Shown here piece after piece: positions 29,101 through 42,139 of a DNA stretch of 64,000 bases (its first letter is position 1; each line of letters opens with the position of its first letter). Both the position numbers and the translations under genes were made by a program. The notes beneath the pieces were generated by a model. That model ran no database searches and was not told where the DNA came from. It saw only the letters and a list, made by a program, of their open reading frames with translations. Origin of the DNA: Macrostomum lignano (taxonomy: Eukaryota); the NCBI GenBank assembly GCA_002269645.1, contig NIVC01000550.1, forward strand, positions 198,509 through 262,508, given 5' to 3'.

Positions 29101-32100
29101 TCATGTCGAAGAGAAAAGTGAATTTAACTTGTGAAATATTGGACAAGAAATCTCTCAGACAAGTTGAGGAACTGGACAAGATCTGTCAGACAAGGTGAGG
29201 AACTGGACAAGATCTCTCAGACAATGTGAGGAACTGGACAAGATCTCTCAGACAAGTTGAGGAACTGGACAAGATCCTTCAGACAAGGTGAGGAACTGGA
29301 CAAGATCTGTCAGACAAGGTGAGGAACTGGACAAGATCTCTCAGACAATGTGAGGAACTGGACAAGATCTCTCAGACAACTTGAGGAACTGGACAAGATC
29401 TCTCAGACAATGTGAGGAACTGGACAAGATCTCTCAGACAAGGTGAGGAACTGGACAAGATCTCTCAGACAACTTGAGGAACTGGACAAGATCTCTCAGA
29501 CAATGTGAGGAACTGGACAAGATCTCTCAGACAATGTGAGGAACTGGACAAGATCTCTCAGACAACTTGAGGAACTGGACAAGATCTGTCAGACAATGTG
29601 AGGAACTGGACAAGATCTCTCAGACAAGGTGAGGAACTGGACAAGATCTCTCAGACAACTTGAGGAACTGGACAAGATCTCTCAGACAACTTGAGGAACT
29701 GGACAAGATCTCTCAGACAAGGTGAGGAACTGGACAAGATCTGTCAGACAAGGTGAGGAACTGGACAAGATCTCTCAGACAAGGTGAGGAACTGGACAAG
29801 ATCTGTCAGACAAGGTGAGGAACTGGACAAGATCTCTCAGACAAGTTGAGGAACTGGACAAGATCCTTCAGACAAGGTGAGGAACTGGACAAGATCTGTC
29901 AGACAAGGTGAGGAACTGGACAAGATCTGTCAGACAAGGTGAGGAACTGGACAAGATCTCTCAGACAAGGTGAGGAACTGGACAAGATCTGTCAGACAAG
30001 GTGAGGAACTGGACAAGATCTCTCAGACAAGTTGAGGAACTGGACAAGATCCTTCAGACAAGGTGAGGAACTGGACAAGATCTCTCAGACAAGTTGAGGA
30101 ACTGGACAAGATCCTTCAGACAAGGTGAGGAACTGGACAAGATCTCTCAGACAAGTTGAGGAACTGGACAAGATCCTTCAGACAAGGTGAGGAACTGGAC
30201 AAGATCTCTCAGACAAGTTGAGGAACTGGACAAGATCTGTCAGACAAGGTGAGGAACTGGACAAGATCTTTCAGACAACTTGAGGAACTGGACAAGATCT
30301 GTCAGACAAGGTGAGGAACTGGACAAGATCTCTCAGACAATGTGAAGAACTGGATACCTCTAACACTAGAGTATGTGAGTAAATAGAAATGTTTCAATTA
30401 CTAGTATATTAAGCATGCAGTACTATACTGAAAAAAATGGAGCACCCTCACCTGAGGCGGCACCAACAGTTGATGCGGCTGATGCTGCGGCGGCGGACTG
30501 GTGAACTGTTGGAAAAATTGCGGATAAAGCCAGGGAGGCGGAGCCGACGCCATAGCGGCGGCCGTGGCGGCCGCGCCATCTTGACCACCGGGCTTGCGAT
30601 CCTGCTGCTGCTGGTAGAGCTTCTCAGTGGCGTCCGCTAGCATCTGTCTCTGAATTGCTAGGACGTGATTGAGATAAGTTTGAACTGGCTCCTGACTCCA
30701 GTCTGGCTGCTGTTGCTGCTGTTGTTGCTGCTGCAGCTGTGAAACAGGCATATAATTAACCGAACCGGTAGACTGAAGACCAGGTGGAGGCGGCGGCGGC
30801 TGCTGCTGCTGCTGCTGCTGCTTAGGAAGAGAAGCTGCAATACTGCTGCTATTGTTAGAATTTGCCTGCTGCATCGAGTACTGCTGCTGCTGCTGCTGTT
30901 GTTGTTGCAATTGCTGCTTGGCGAAAGAGTCATTTGGATCGGCGCCTGAACCATAGAGACCGGCTGAGCTGTGCGACTGCGGTAAGGATGGGGGGGGGGC
31001 GGTTTTCATGAAATAGGGGCCGGTCCTGATCGAGGGAATGCACAACAATCGGATCTTAGTCAGGGGAATTCCAAGGAGTAATTCCTGTTTTCAAATTCCT
31101 ATGAGTTACAATGGATTTTTACAGGGAGAATTACAATGGCCGATTCCTACTGGGGGAACTACAGTAACCGATCTTTACTGGGGGGCAATTACAATAACCG
31201 ATTCCTACTGGGGATATATAATAACCAAGCTTTACTGGGAGAATTGCAATAACCGATTCTTATTGGGGCGTAAGAACCTACGCCAGGGGTAATAAAGATT
31301 ACTTAAATGCGATCCCCTCCAGCCCTCTGGGACACACTTACTCCGCCACTAGTCGACAATGCAGATGAAGGCAGCACTCGACATCCAACAGCGCCAGGTT
31401 GTTGCGACTGCTGTGGCTGTTGCTGCTGTTGCGCTAGCTTAAACGCTTGCTGCTGCTGCTGCTGTTGCGTTAGGGGCTTCGGCACGCCGGAAGCGTTAAA
31501 CGGAGAACCGCCACGCTGCTGTTGCATGGCAACAGATGGCGGAGGCGGCGGCGGCTGCTGCTGCTGATAGACGACCGTCCGACTTCCGACACTGTCCCCG
31601 CCTGTACCGGCAGGTCCAGCTAGAATATTAGACGGCGGCGGTTGCGCCGATTGGGAAGGCAGCGAAGGCGGCGGCATAGAGACGGGCGGAGCCTCCATAG
31701 ACACTGGCTGAGACATATTAGAGGACGCGGTTGACACGGGATGGATTAGCGACTGCTGCTGCTGCTTAGGCGATGCCTGATTATTCACCGTTAATAGCAA
31801 AGCAGCCGCGGCCTCTGCAACACTGTCCACGCCTGTGCCAGATGTAGAGGACACGCCAGCAAGAGAAGCCACTTGCGGCATCGGCAGCGACGTTGGCGGA
31901 GGCGGACTGGCTGGGGGCGAAAAGCTGCCAAATCGAACGCCCAGCGATGAGCCCTGGGTGCAAACTGGCGGCACCATTTCTACTGGTTGGCGGGGCCGTT
32001 CGCAAGGCGGCGGAGTCTTCGAACGGGCCAGTTGATTAGGAAGTGCAGCAGGCTTGTCGCTTGATTGAGTTGGCAGCATCTGTTGTTGACCAATCTGCAA

Positions 32101-35100
32101 TTTTAGAAGCATTGTGTGGCCAGGGATGACTAATCAAGTTACAGATTGCGAATCTTACTAGCCAATCAGACAGGACTATGTATACCGACTATTGCTAACA
32201 AATCAGAAGTAAGAAGCTACACCCAAACTGTTCTTGACCAATCAGAAAGCAACAAGCTACACCCAAACTGTTCCTGACCAATCAGAAAGCAACAAGCTAC
32301 ACCCAAACTGTTCCTGACCAATCAGAAATCAACAAGCTACATTCAAACTGCTCCTGACCAATCAGAAAGCAACAAGCTACACCCAAACTGTTCCTGACCA
32401 ATCAGAAATCAACAAGCTACACCCAAACTGTTCCTGACCAATCAGAAAGCAACAAGCTACATCCAAACTGTTCCTGACCAATCAGAAATCAACAAGCTAC
32501 ACCCAAACTGTTCTTGACCAATCAGAAAGCAACAAGCTACACCCAAACTGTTCTTGACCAATCAGAAAGCAACAAGCTTCACCCAAACTGTTCTTGACCA
32601 ATCAGAAAGCAACAAGCTACACCCAAACTGTTCTTGACCAATCAGAAAGCAACAAGCTACACCCAAACTGTTCCTGACCAATCAGAAATCAACAAGCTAC
32701 ATTCAAACTGCTCCTGACCAATCAGAAAGCAACAAGCTACACCCAAACTGTTCCTGACCAATCAGAAATCAACAAGCTACACCCAAACTGTTCCTGACCA
32801 ATCAGAAATCAACAAGCTACATTCAAACTGTTCTTGACCAATCAGAAATCAACAAGCTACATCCAAACTGTTCTTGACCAATCAGAAAGCAACAAGCTAC
32901 ATCCAAACTGTTCCTGACAAATCAGAAATCAACAAGCTACACCCAAACTGTTCCTGACAAATCAGAAATCAACAAGCTACACCCAAACTGTTCCTGACCA
33001 ATCAGAAATCAACAAGCTACACCCAAACTGTTCCTGACAAATCAGAAATCAACAAGCTACATCCAAACTGTTCCTGACAAATCAGAAATCAACAAGCTAC
33101 ATCCAAACTGTTCCTGACAAATCAGAAATCAACAAGCTACATCCAAACTGTTCCTGACCAATCAGAAAGCAACAAGCTACACCCAAACTGTTCCTGACAA
33201 ATCAGAAATCAACAAGCTACATCCAAACTGTTCCTGACAAATCAGAAATCAACAAGCTACATCCAAACTGTTCCTGACAAATCAGAAATCAACAAGCTAC
33301 ATCCAAACTGTTCTTGACCAATCAGAAAGCAACAAGCTACACCCAAACTGTTCCTGACCAATCAGATAACAAAAAGGAGAAAAGCAAAGCAAAACTCACC
33401 CTCAATGTGCTTTTAAGCTCTTCAGTTGCCAATTTGTTGTAGGCGGCCAAACTGTTGCTATAGCTACTAACGGGTGCTTGCGGATACAGCTGCGATTGCT
33501 GACCAGACTCCGAGTCAGAGGCATCGGCAGGATGAGTTGCAGCGTCGGGCTGGGCGTTCGATGAGCTGTCATTTGCTGCTTTACTGAAGAGCGAAATGTG
33601 TTTGAATGTGTTGCAAATTAGGTTTCAAATTCAAAATAATGCTTGGGCCCAAATATTACCCCCAAAATGCTAAGAAAGCTTTTCTATAAGTTCTTATCTG
33701 CCGATAACAGATAGGGCTCAAATCTGGCAGGCTAGTGGTGGCGCAGCAACTGAGGATCTGGGAGGCTGGCCCAGCAACTGAGGATCTGGGAGGCTGGCGC
33801 AGCAACTGAGGATCTGGGAGGCTGGCGCAGCAACTGAGGATCTGGGAGGCTGGCCCAGCAACTGAGGATCTGGGAGGCTGGCCCAGCAACTGAGGATCTG
33901 GGAGGCTGGCCCAGCAACTGGGGATCTGGGAGGCTGGCCCACAGATACTGGAATAACTAGATGGGCCACTCAGAACATTTGCGGGTAAGCTTCTTTCAGT
34001 TCAGTAGTAAGTTAAACAGTGCATTTTAATGCATTTTTAAAGCCAATTTTTATTTACTGGCTCACCCAAGCTTAAACCCTCCAGCCGCGCCTTTACACAC
34101 TACCCCCGCCCCATTCTTTATTGCGTTTTTCGGAATTTCAGCCTAAAGCTGCCATGCACATTTCAGTAGACTGGCTAATGTACATTATTGCTGAACCAAT
34201 TAGCAAGTTGTTTACGCCTGCAAGCTGGGCTTCAAAACTTATCAAAGACATTTCAGCTGCCTTTATTTTTATAAAATAGCTTATGTATTCTCCTTTGCTA
34301 CTGAACTGAAAGTAGAAAGCTGTTTTACTAAGTATATGTGTTTGAGTGGCCTATCTAGCTATTTTAGATTCTGTGGGCTGGCCCAGCAACTGAGGATCTG
34401 GAAGGCTGGTGGTGGATTAAGCCTAGCTGAAGCGATTAATCAGCATAAAAGCGCACCTATCAGCCAGGCTAGAATTGGTGAAGATCTTTGGTTCTCCATT
34501 CCAGGCGTCCGACTCCGGCTCCCAAGGGACCTCGCGAGTCGCGTTCGACGCCTCAGCGGATGCGGCGACATCGCCATCTCGCTGAGACGGTTGCTGCTGG
34601 TCGCGCGAGGCGCCACTGCGACGACCGCCGCCTCGAGCACCTCCGCGTTGGGATTTCGGCGGCCGCTGTGTTGCTCGGTCCTCACTGGCGGCACCAGCCG
34701 AAGCCGACGACGGATCGTCCGCTGCGGCAGAGGGGCCGTCGCGACGTCCAGCGCTGACTCCTGCACCACCGCGCGTCCTTCGATCCGAACGCTGCTGACG
34801 TCGATTCGAGGATCTGTCACCGCCGCCAGCTGCACCTTTCGACGAGGCTGCGCCACCGCTGCCAAAAGCAAAAGCAGATCCCGCTTGCTGCTGCTCGTCG
34901 AATCGAAGCTCCGACGTCTGCTGCTGCTGCTGACCCTTGGCCTTTTTCTTTGGCTTGACCGTCCAGCCCGACACGACGGAATCGGCGGCAGGACCAGGCA
35001 GGGCTGCGCCAGTCCCCTGACCGCCGCCGCCAACCTCGCCGCTGGCGCCAGCAGAGCGAAGAATTTGCTGTTCAAGCTGTTCGAGCAGCTGTTCGGCCGC

Positions 35101-35364
35101 CTTCTCCACATCCTCATCCGCGTCGTGCAAAGCAATGGCTGCTAATTCCGCGTCGCAGCCGCTGATCTCCATCAGCTGGGTGACTTTGCGTCTAAGCTCG
35201 GAGTCGACGCCTTCCAAGCCGGGCGGAACAGCGGCGGCAGCATTCTGCTGTTGCTGCTGCTGCTGCTGGTGACCGCCGGATTTCCGGTTCCGTCCGGATG
35301 CAGAGGACGGCTGCTGGCGCCACTTGGCATTGTGGCCGCCACCATTTGTCTGAACGTCAGTCAT
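26103..35364 (-). CDS. UBAP2L: UBAP2/UBAP2L (lingerer)-like stress-granule protein, ~959 aa; CDS = join(35364-34457, 33583-33400, 32094-31342, 30976-30452, 26612-26103)
   Basis: N-terminal UBA-like RRKVTQLMEISGCDAELAAIALHDADEDVEKAAEQLLE, then W..K.KKK, an RGG-rich stretch and W...PKIFT, all recalling UBAP2L/lingerer; Q/P-rich C-terminal half. All introns are GT-AG with matching phases (2,0,0,0), total 2880 nt. The exon 4 acceptor is the least certain boundary. Confidence 0.85.
27030..27605. repeat. 101-bp-unit tandem repeat, ~5.5 copies (UBAP2L intron 4)
   Basis: CGAATTAAAT recurs at 27181, 27282 and 27383. Confidence 0.95.
27981..28408 (+). mobile_element. MITE family A, copy 1 (CACAGAT...ATCTGTG termini)
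   Basis: Imperfect ~60-bp TIRs containing TAGATGGGCCACTCAG and CTACTTTCAGTTCAGTAG; perfect 8-bp TSD CCCTAAAC. Confidence 0.93.
29145..30355. repeat. 31-bp-unit minisatellite (TGAGGAACTGGACAAGATCTCTCAGACAAGG), ~39 copies
   Basis: Period measured between 29166 and 29197. Confidence 0.96.
32205..33365. repeat. 40-bp-unit minisatellite (ACCCAAACTGTTCCTGACCAATCAGAAAGCAACAAGCTAC), ~29 copies
   Basis: Fills UBAP2L intron 2. Confidence 0.96.
33735..33939. repeat. 28-bp-unit minisatellite (CAGCAACTGAGGATCTGGGAGGCTGGCC), interrupted by MITE A copy 2
   Basis: A further unit resumes at 34376-34405. Confidence 0.92.
33940..34375 (+). mobile_element. MITE family A, copy 2
   Basis: Same TIRs and body as copy 1; perfect 8-bp TSD GGCTGGCC. 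Confidence 0.93.
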
Positions 35365-35989
35365 TTTGCATGAAAATTTACAGTATTCTTTTTTTGTTAA
35401 TTATTGAATCTCGGAGTTCAAAAACAGTGACCCAAAAATACAGACGTAGTACTAAATTAGATGACGAGGCATTTAACCTTAATAAGTACACCTGCCGTTT
35501 ACCCAAAATTACTTTTGGGTAAAAATTTTTGCTTTAGGGTTTCTTTCATAGGAAAGTCGTATTTTTTGGTAAAAAAGTAAGTCACACAGCCAGGTGAAAT
35601 ATCGAAGTTGGATTTATGTCAACAATGCCAGTCTCTTTAGATTTGACATTAATGGATACATGTAAACGACCAGTCATTCAAAAATACACAGTATACTATA
35701 GGAGATAATGAATCTTAATGAGCTTGTTAATAAAAAATACAGCAAATTTTGAACAATTTATTTTTAAAGATGTAGAGATATGAATAAATCTCTATAAAAA
35801 TAAACAAGTTACTTATTATTATAACCAGAATCTAATATTTAGATTATTATAAGTCAGAATCCCATTCCTTGAAATCCATCAGCTGAATCCCATGACCCGA
35901 ATTCCATCTTCCAAATCCTCTCCAATAAAACCCCAAATATCATATCTTGTTTTCCCAGTTTACAAAAATGGACTGCAATTGTAAAGATT

Positions 35990-37045
35990 AAGACTCTCCT
36001 ATCTCCTCTCTCTTCTTTACTCTCTCATCTCTAGTCTCATCTATCATATCTTATCTCTTAGCAATGATTTCTACTCTCATCCTTCCTCTCACCTCTCTTC
36101 TCATCTTTCTTGCTCTATCATTTCTCTTCTCCTCCTTTCTACTTTTTCCTCTCTTTTCTCTACTCTCTCATCTTACTCTTTTTACTCTTTTCTCTCTCTT
36201 ATCATCTCTCTCCTCTCTCCTTTCTCCTCTCTTCTCTTGTCTACTTCTCTCCTCTCTCTGCTCTCATCTCTACTCTCTTCTCTCTCTCTACTTTCTCTTT
36301 TTTACTCGCATTTTCTTATCTTTTCTCTCATCTCTCTCCTCTCTCATTTCTCTTTTCCTCTCATTCCTCTTCCTTCTCACCTCTCCTATCTCTTATCTCT
36401 CATTTATTATTTCTCCTCCATACATGCGCAACAGTCGGCCGATCTGGCCGACTGATTTGGCGGCCAACCAAGGAAGTCGCAAAAATGCCCACCTGAAAAA
36501 ATACCTAAGTAGTAGTACTAAGTAGCTGACGAGGCATTTTGGCTTAATAATACAGTCATAGTTACTCCTGTCGTTTACCCAAAGTTGCGTTAACTTTGCT
36601 TTAGGTTTTTTTACATGTAAGTTGCATTTTTGGCCAAAAACTACGTCGCATTTTTGTTAAAACTAAGTCGCACGGCTGACTGAATTTTGGAGGTTGCGCA
36701 TGTATGTTCTCCTCTAATCTGTCCTTCTTCTCTCTTTTCATTTCTTTTTTCCTTTGTTGTAATTGCTTATCTCCTAAATTATCCCTACCCTTCTCTTCTC
36801 TCATCTTTCCTCTGTTCTCTCTACTATCTCCTGTCTCCCCTCTTTTCTCTCAGTTCTCCTCTCCTCCTCTCCCTTCTCCATTCTCTCCTCTCATCTCTCC
36901 TCTCAACTCTCATCTATCTTTTCTCTTACTTTTATTCACCTTTTTCTGTTCTCTACTCCCTTCCTTTACTTCTCTTTTCTTATGTTCCTCTTTTTTACTT
37001 TTTTATTTCCTTTATTCCTGTTCATTTCACTCCTTCATCCTTTCC
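35990..37045. repeat. CT-rich low-complexity tract, interrupted by MITE B
   Basis: Polypyrimidine composition; source of the L/S/F-rich ORFs. Confidence 0.85.
36419..36706. mobile_element. MITE family B (288 bp)
   Basis: Perfect 14-bp TIR CATACATGCGCAAC/GTTGCGCATGTATG and perfect 8-bp TSD TTCTCCTC. A related internal fragment without termini lies at ~35430-35590. Confidence 0.88.
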
Positions 37046-37472
37046 ATGAAACACAAGTCCATCAATTTTTTTCCATGAAATAGATATCCATTAAAATCTT
37101 CTCTAATGAACAGATATCTTTTAAAATCCTCTCAAAGAAACAGAAATCCATTAATTAATCAATTTAAAATATTCAAGGTAGAGGTGTCAGTATGGTTAGG
37201 ATTAGGGTTAACTTTTTAAAACATTCTTTTATTTCAATTTTATCTATATCCTCTCTAATGGGGTGCAGTAAAGGCTACAAATAAAGTAATTCTAAAACAC
37301 TGTACTCTGCTATGTACACTGAGCCTTATTGCTACCAACTCCAACATGGGGTTTTTTCAATAAACTCAGCACACATGTCAGAATTTAAAAGCATGGAACT
37401 CATTTTTGAATGCTATGCTTTTTGTTTTCATATATAAAGCAAACAGATTATCTTTCAACTTAGCATTCCAAG

Positions 37473-37908
37473 TAGTGTTCTACCATAGCTATGGCTACGG
37501 CTATGGAATCCTACAGCAAATATGGTGAAATAGGTGCCTATGGCAACTATGGTTATGCCTATGGTGGATAGCTGCTCTTATGGCTACAATTATGGAAATA
37601 TGGTAGTTGCTGTCACATTCCATAGATTTCCATAGCCATAGTTATTAATTTAAAAAAAATATAAAATTGTTTTTTTCTATTTTAATCTGCAATTGTTTAA
37701 GCTCTAAGTTATCTTCTTGGTTCAAAATATTTTGTTTCTAAGACTTTTTATTAAAACTATAGCTATGGCTATGGGAACTATGGGAATACTGTAATATTGA
37801 GGTCCCTATGGCTATAGATTAGTATAGAATATGGAGAATTTGAATAAGCCATAGTTTTGCTTACAGCTATGGCTATAACACATGGACCCTCATTATGGCA
37901 GAACACTA
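37473..37908. mobile_element. hAT-like non-autonomous element (436 bp)
   Basis: TIR TAGTGTTCT(A/G)CCATA (14/15); TSD ATTCCAAG/GTTCCAAG (7/8); internal CTATGG repeats. Confidence 0.72.
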
Positions 37909-38899
37909 GTTCCAAGATCTTTTTAGCAATATAAGTCTTTTCGCTAAAACTTTAAATCTTGAAGAACAATTAGCATTTGAAATTCCCAATTTAAAGCATT
38001 GAAGTATTAAGTGTAAGTTTGCTGCATGCTATAGATGCTTACAAATTTATTCATTGAATTTCTTTGCCTAGCTAATAAACAAGGCTGCCTATTGAAAGGA
38101 ACCAATAATATAACCAATTGAATATCAATATAGTCTTATCTCTATCTATTTACACTATATAACTTTTATGTACACTCAGCCTAAGGCAAAGCCCAACCCC
38201 CTTTTTTAGAGAATCATTAAATTAAATTGTACCTCTAAAATATGGGTGTTTTATTTGCATTGAATACAAAATATATATCACCTACCCCTACAATATGTAG
38301 CAATTTACAAGCAGAAATTAGGGTGGTTTTTTTATAAACAAATTTCTAATTAATGTATTTGGATATATAGCATAGGTATAGACGTATAGTGGTATGCTAT
38401 GCTATAGAATAGGCTAGCTTTATAGCATAGAATATGGTAGATAAGGCTAGGGCTTATGGTATAATGATCATTGGATCATAATAGGATAATCTTGTTAAGT
38501 CTGAAAATACTCCTAAATCAATTTCATCTTGTTTATTTTTACTAAAAAAGATAAAAATATTTTTGTACCAAAGTCAAATGTAATTTAACACTTATTTGTA
38601 TAGATAGTTATGTAACAGGGGTTTTGCTTCCCTCTTTAGATATTCCACTAATGCCACCAAAGTTGCCGTAGGGCTATAGTTTTTACTGGAATTATCTTTC
38701 TGCTGACACCAGCTGTTACAGGGTTTTTAATTTCCCTTATTAAATTTCTACTAAATCTTGCCTTAATGTTTCTAACTGTTTCTTAGAATCTCATATATTT
38801 TTGGGTAGCGTTCTTAGTAGTGTTCTGGTAGCGTTCTTGGTATATGGTCTGGTAGCGTTCTTTAGTATATAGCCTGAGCAGTCTTATTGGTATATGTGT

Positions 38900-39261
38900 T
38901 TTCTCTCTCTAGTCTGGGCGTTACCAAGATTAGAGGGTCATAGCGATTACTCTTAGTACTACTCTTTGCATGAATCCCAAGTGCAACCTTCAACCTTCTT
39001 CACAATACTCTTACAAATGAACAATGATCTGAGAATGGTTTATTGAACATGTTTTGAGCTTAAAGCTAACGAACGAGTTATCTCTTTCTTCCTCTCAGCC
39101 TGCCCCTATTTATACTATTTGAACGTGTGTATTTTTAACAAATATCAAATATTGAGAATATATAGAATATGTAGAATATATAGAATATTTTGCAGAGTAA
39201 AACAGATTATTAGCGCAGATTCAAACTGTTATATTCCTAGAAACTATTAACCACTTCTACA
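38900..39261 (-). mobile_element. Possible LTR relic followed by a PBS-like motif
   Basis: On the minus strand: TGTAGAA start, TAGAATAT repeats, TATAAATAGGGG, AATAAA, then TGGTAACGCCC. No second LTR and no pol gene seen. Confidence 0.3.
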
Positions 39262-41084
39262 GTTATATTTTTTTTAAATTAAAGCTTTGTTTTTTCTTAT
39301 GCATTTTAGAGATATAATGTTTGAATATCTTTTCTGCTTTTGTTTCTAGGCTTATTGTAAATTATTGTTAATGGCATGCAGGGCATGCAGTCAACAAGCA
39401 TGGTATGCAATAGCCGAATAGGCATACAAACAAAAAACTCCTTGGTATACATTCCAGCATGCATACAATATGAATATATGATCCAGAATAGGCTATGGAT
39501 TAATTATAGTTAAGCTATGCAATTACAAATAACTATTGTCTATTATAATAAATAAGAGAAAATTAAGTCAAAAATTTAAAAACAATTTTTCTAAATAGTT
39601 TCTATAAGACTGTAGGCCTATCACTATCAAGACAATTTTATATTTTGTATCTACTACGACTACTATAATCTATTTATTTAAGATTTAGATCATAAAAAAG
39701 ATAAATATTAAATAATATATTAATAGATTAATAGAAGCCAGACAATTTAATGCTAGACTGCATATTGTGACAATATGACACATGCTGTAGAAAAAATTCT
39801 ATTATGAAGCTATTTAGGCCTAGCTATTTATGGAATAGTCACATATTTCATATAAACTGACATTGCGTTGGTGTTGGTGCTTGAATAAAGTTACTTCCCT
39901 TATACATAATTTGTTTTGTTGAATGTAAGTTTTACAATAAATATTCATGCAAAACATTTAAAAATTGTCTGCATAAAGAATTGTGACTTATTTAGTGTTT
40001 GAATTTTACAAGCGACCTGAATATCCACCAAATTTGTCGCGTAGTAAGTAGTAAGCCCAGCCCCATACTGGCCACAAAAATAATATTTTTCCCTAAAATC
40101 CCGTGGATTTTTCTGATTTAAATTTAAAAAAATAAAACAAATACGTTATCTATCTTCTTACCACATGTCTTAAACCTAAATGCAAAATTATTAGTTGATA
40201 GATTACTAAATAAAAATAATGCTCTGCTTAAAAAATTTTATCCGCTACAAGTTGTTCTTTTTTTTGTCCGTAACCTTTTTCCTAAAATGCCAATGCCAAG
40301 TGCTATATTTCCAATATTATCAGTGCTGCATAACGCAACACATGGTTTCGGCTATAAGAATGCAACCGAAAAAGAATGCCGTGATTTAGATTGGCTGCTT
40401 TCGTCAACATTAAATTTACACAGTCTGTAGTACAAGTCATGTACATGCATGACTCGATGTACATCATATGTAGGGTACGTTCCGCTTTCTTAAGCCTTAA
40501 GCCCTTACCAGGCCTTGGAGCATAGAAATTTATCACTTGATACTTTGGCTTTCCACTCCTGTCACTGGTCACCCAAATGGTTAAATACATATGCGTTAAG
40601 TGTTGGTGAGGAAGAAGCAGCTGAGTTAGAATTAGCTATAGGTCCATAGCTCGATATGTACATGTACATGCTACATGTTATAGCGACATATAGCTATATT
40701 GCATAATAAATTCCTGTTGTAAGGCTTTAAGTTGCTTGAGACGTGCTACATAGTGGTCCTTGGGCCATTATAACAGTCATATGTAAATAAAGTGTGACTG
40801 CAAAACTCATTATTAGCACTATATATATAATGTATAGTTTGTGTATATGTAGAGCCATCCCTAGCTTGATATCATGACCATTAGCTAGCTGCATGGTTAA
40901 TTTTAGCATTAAATGAGCCGCTTTTGATGCGTTAAGTTTTCAAAAGGACATAGCTTATGAGCATCAGTGACAAACTGCAGAAGTAAGTTATGTCAGCAGT
41001 TATTCGCAATGGCAAGCTTGAGTCAGAGTCAGAGACAAGGAAAAAGATGGTTCATAACTTCATCCTACGCCTATCGAACCGGAT

Positions 41085-42128
41085 CAGGGGCGTAGGGAGG
41101 GGGGATAGGGGGGTGTATCCCCCCGAAGAGCCTTACCAAAATTTTTTGTTGCCGGCCTTAATTGTTGCTAAATATATGCTACCATGTGACTCTGTTATAG
41201 CATGTCACGTTATTGGCGTAGCGGCCAGCTATGCGATGACCCTTAAAAGGGCCGTTTTAGTCCCAAAATAAGTTGAAATCAATTCTTGTAAAGCGAATTT
41301 TGTAGCGGAGCACTTGGCGATAAGGCAGGAACTGCCGTAGTTGGTTTTATTGGTAGTATCAATACGGGGCTTGGTTAGGAGTTCTATCAATAAACAAACG
41401 ATAGCTTTCTGGGCACTGGCGGCTGCAACAATGGGTTGAATATAATTTTGATATGAAGTCAAGTGGCAGGCGAATGATGCAATGGCGACGTAACGTGAGG
41501 AGCAATGGCAATGAGCACAGTGAAGGCAGTGAGACGCAGTAGGCAGGCAGATGAGCAGTGGCGAGGTTGGCATCAGCCGTGGCGTGAAGTAAGGAGGCTC
41601 GAGGCAGCCAGACAGAGAGAAGGAAAACAAGGCTAGACAAGGCTAGGCAATTAGCCAGACGGGACGGAGGACAAGCCTAGGGAGAGAGAACACAGAACAC
41701 AAGAACAGGGACGAGGCGAGAGAAACCCCCCAGCCCGCCAGGCGAGGGTTAATAAAGAAGCGCAGAGGGGGGGGGGGTAGCGCGAAGCATGAGCGGTTTT
41801 CATTGGCTGGCGAGAGAACTTAAAATTATCGATCGTGCCAATTTTATACGGTCGCGAGAGAGGATAGCAAAATATACAGTGAATTAGAAATTGCCACAAA
41901 ATCGTTGGGCACTACTACAAGTAAACGTCGCAATAAACAAATGGAAAAGTTTAGTTGAAACGATGAAACTGAAGGGTTGAATGACTATGGGGAAACAGCA
42001 GTCCAACGGCCCTTTTCGGGACCACCTTAAACTGACAACGTCACAAGCACTTTTACCTTGGTGTATCCCCCCCGTAGAAAATTCACCTTGGTGTATCCCC
42101 CCGTAGGAAATTCCTGGCTACGCCCCTG
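41085..42128. mobile_element. hAT-like non-autonomous element (1044 bp)
   Basis: 11-bp TIR CAGGGGCGTAG/CTACGCCCCTG; TSD AACCGGAT/AACTGGAT (7/8); subterminal GGTGTATCCCCCC motifs near both ends. Confidence 0.82.
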
Positions 42129-42139
42129 AACTGGATCCG

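Noticed and set aside
30977-31030. Alternative UBAP2L exon 4 acceptor at ~31024 (GATCAG) implying a frameshift in the C10 run
   Set aside because: A downstream acceptor (CCTTACCGCAG, ending 30977) gives the correct phase without invoking an error.
26109-35145. Plus-strand ORFs antisense to UBAP2L exons (e.g. 26109..26579, 34336..35145), and similar shadows of the retrotransposon, Hox and PNISR
   Set aside because: These are shadow ORFs of GC-rich CAG/GCN-rich coding sequence.
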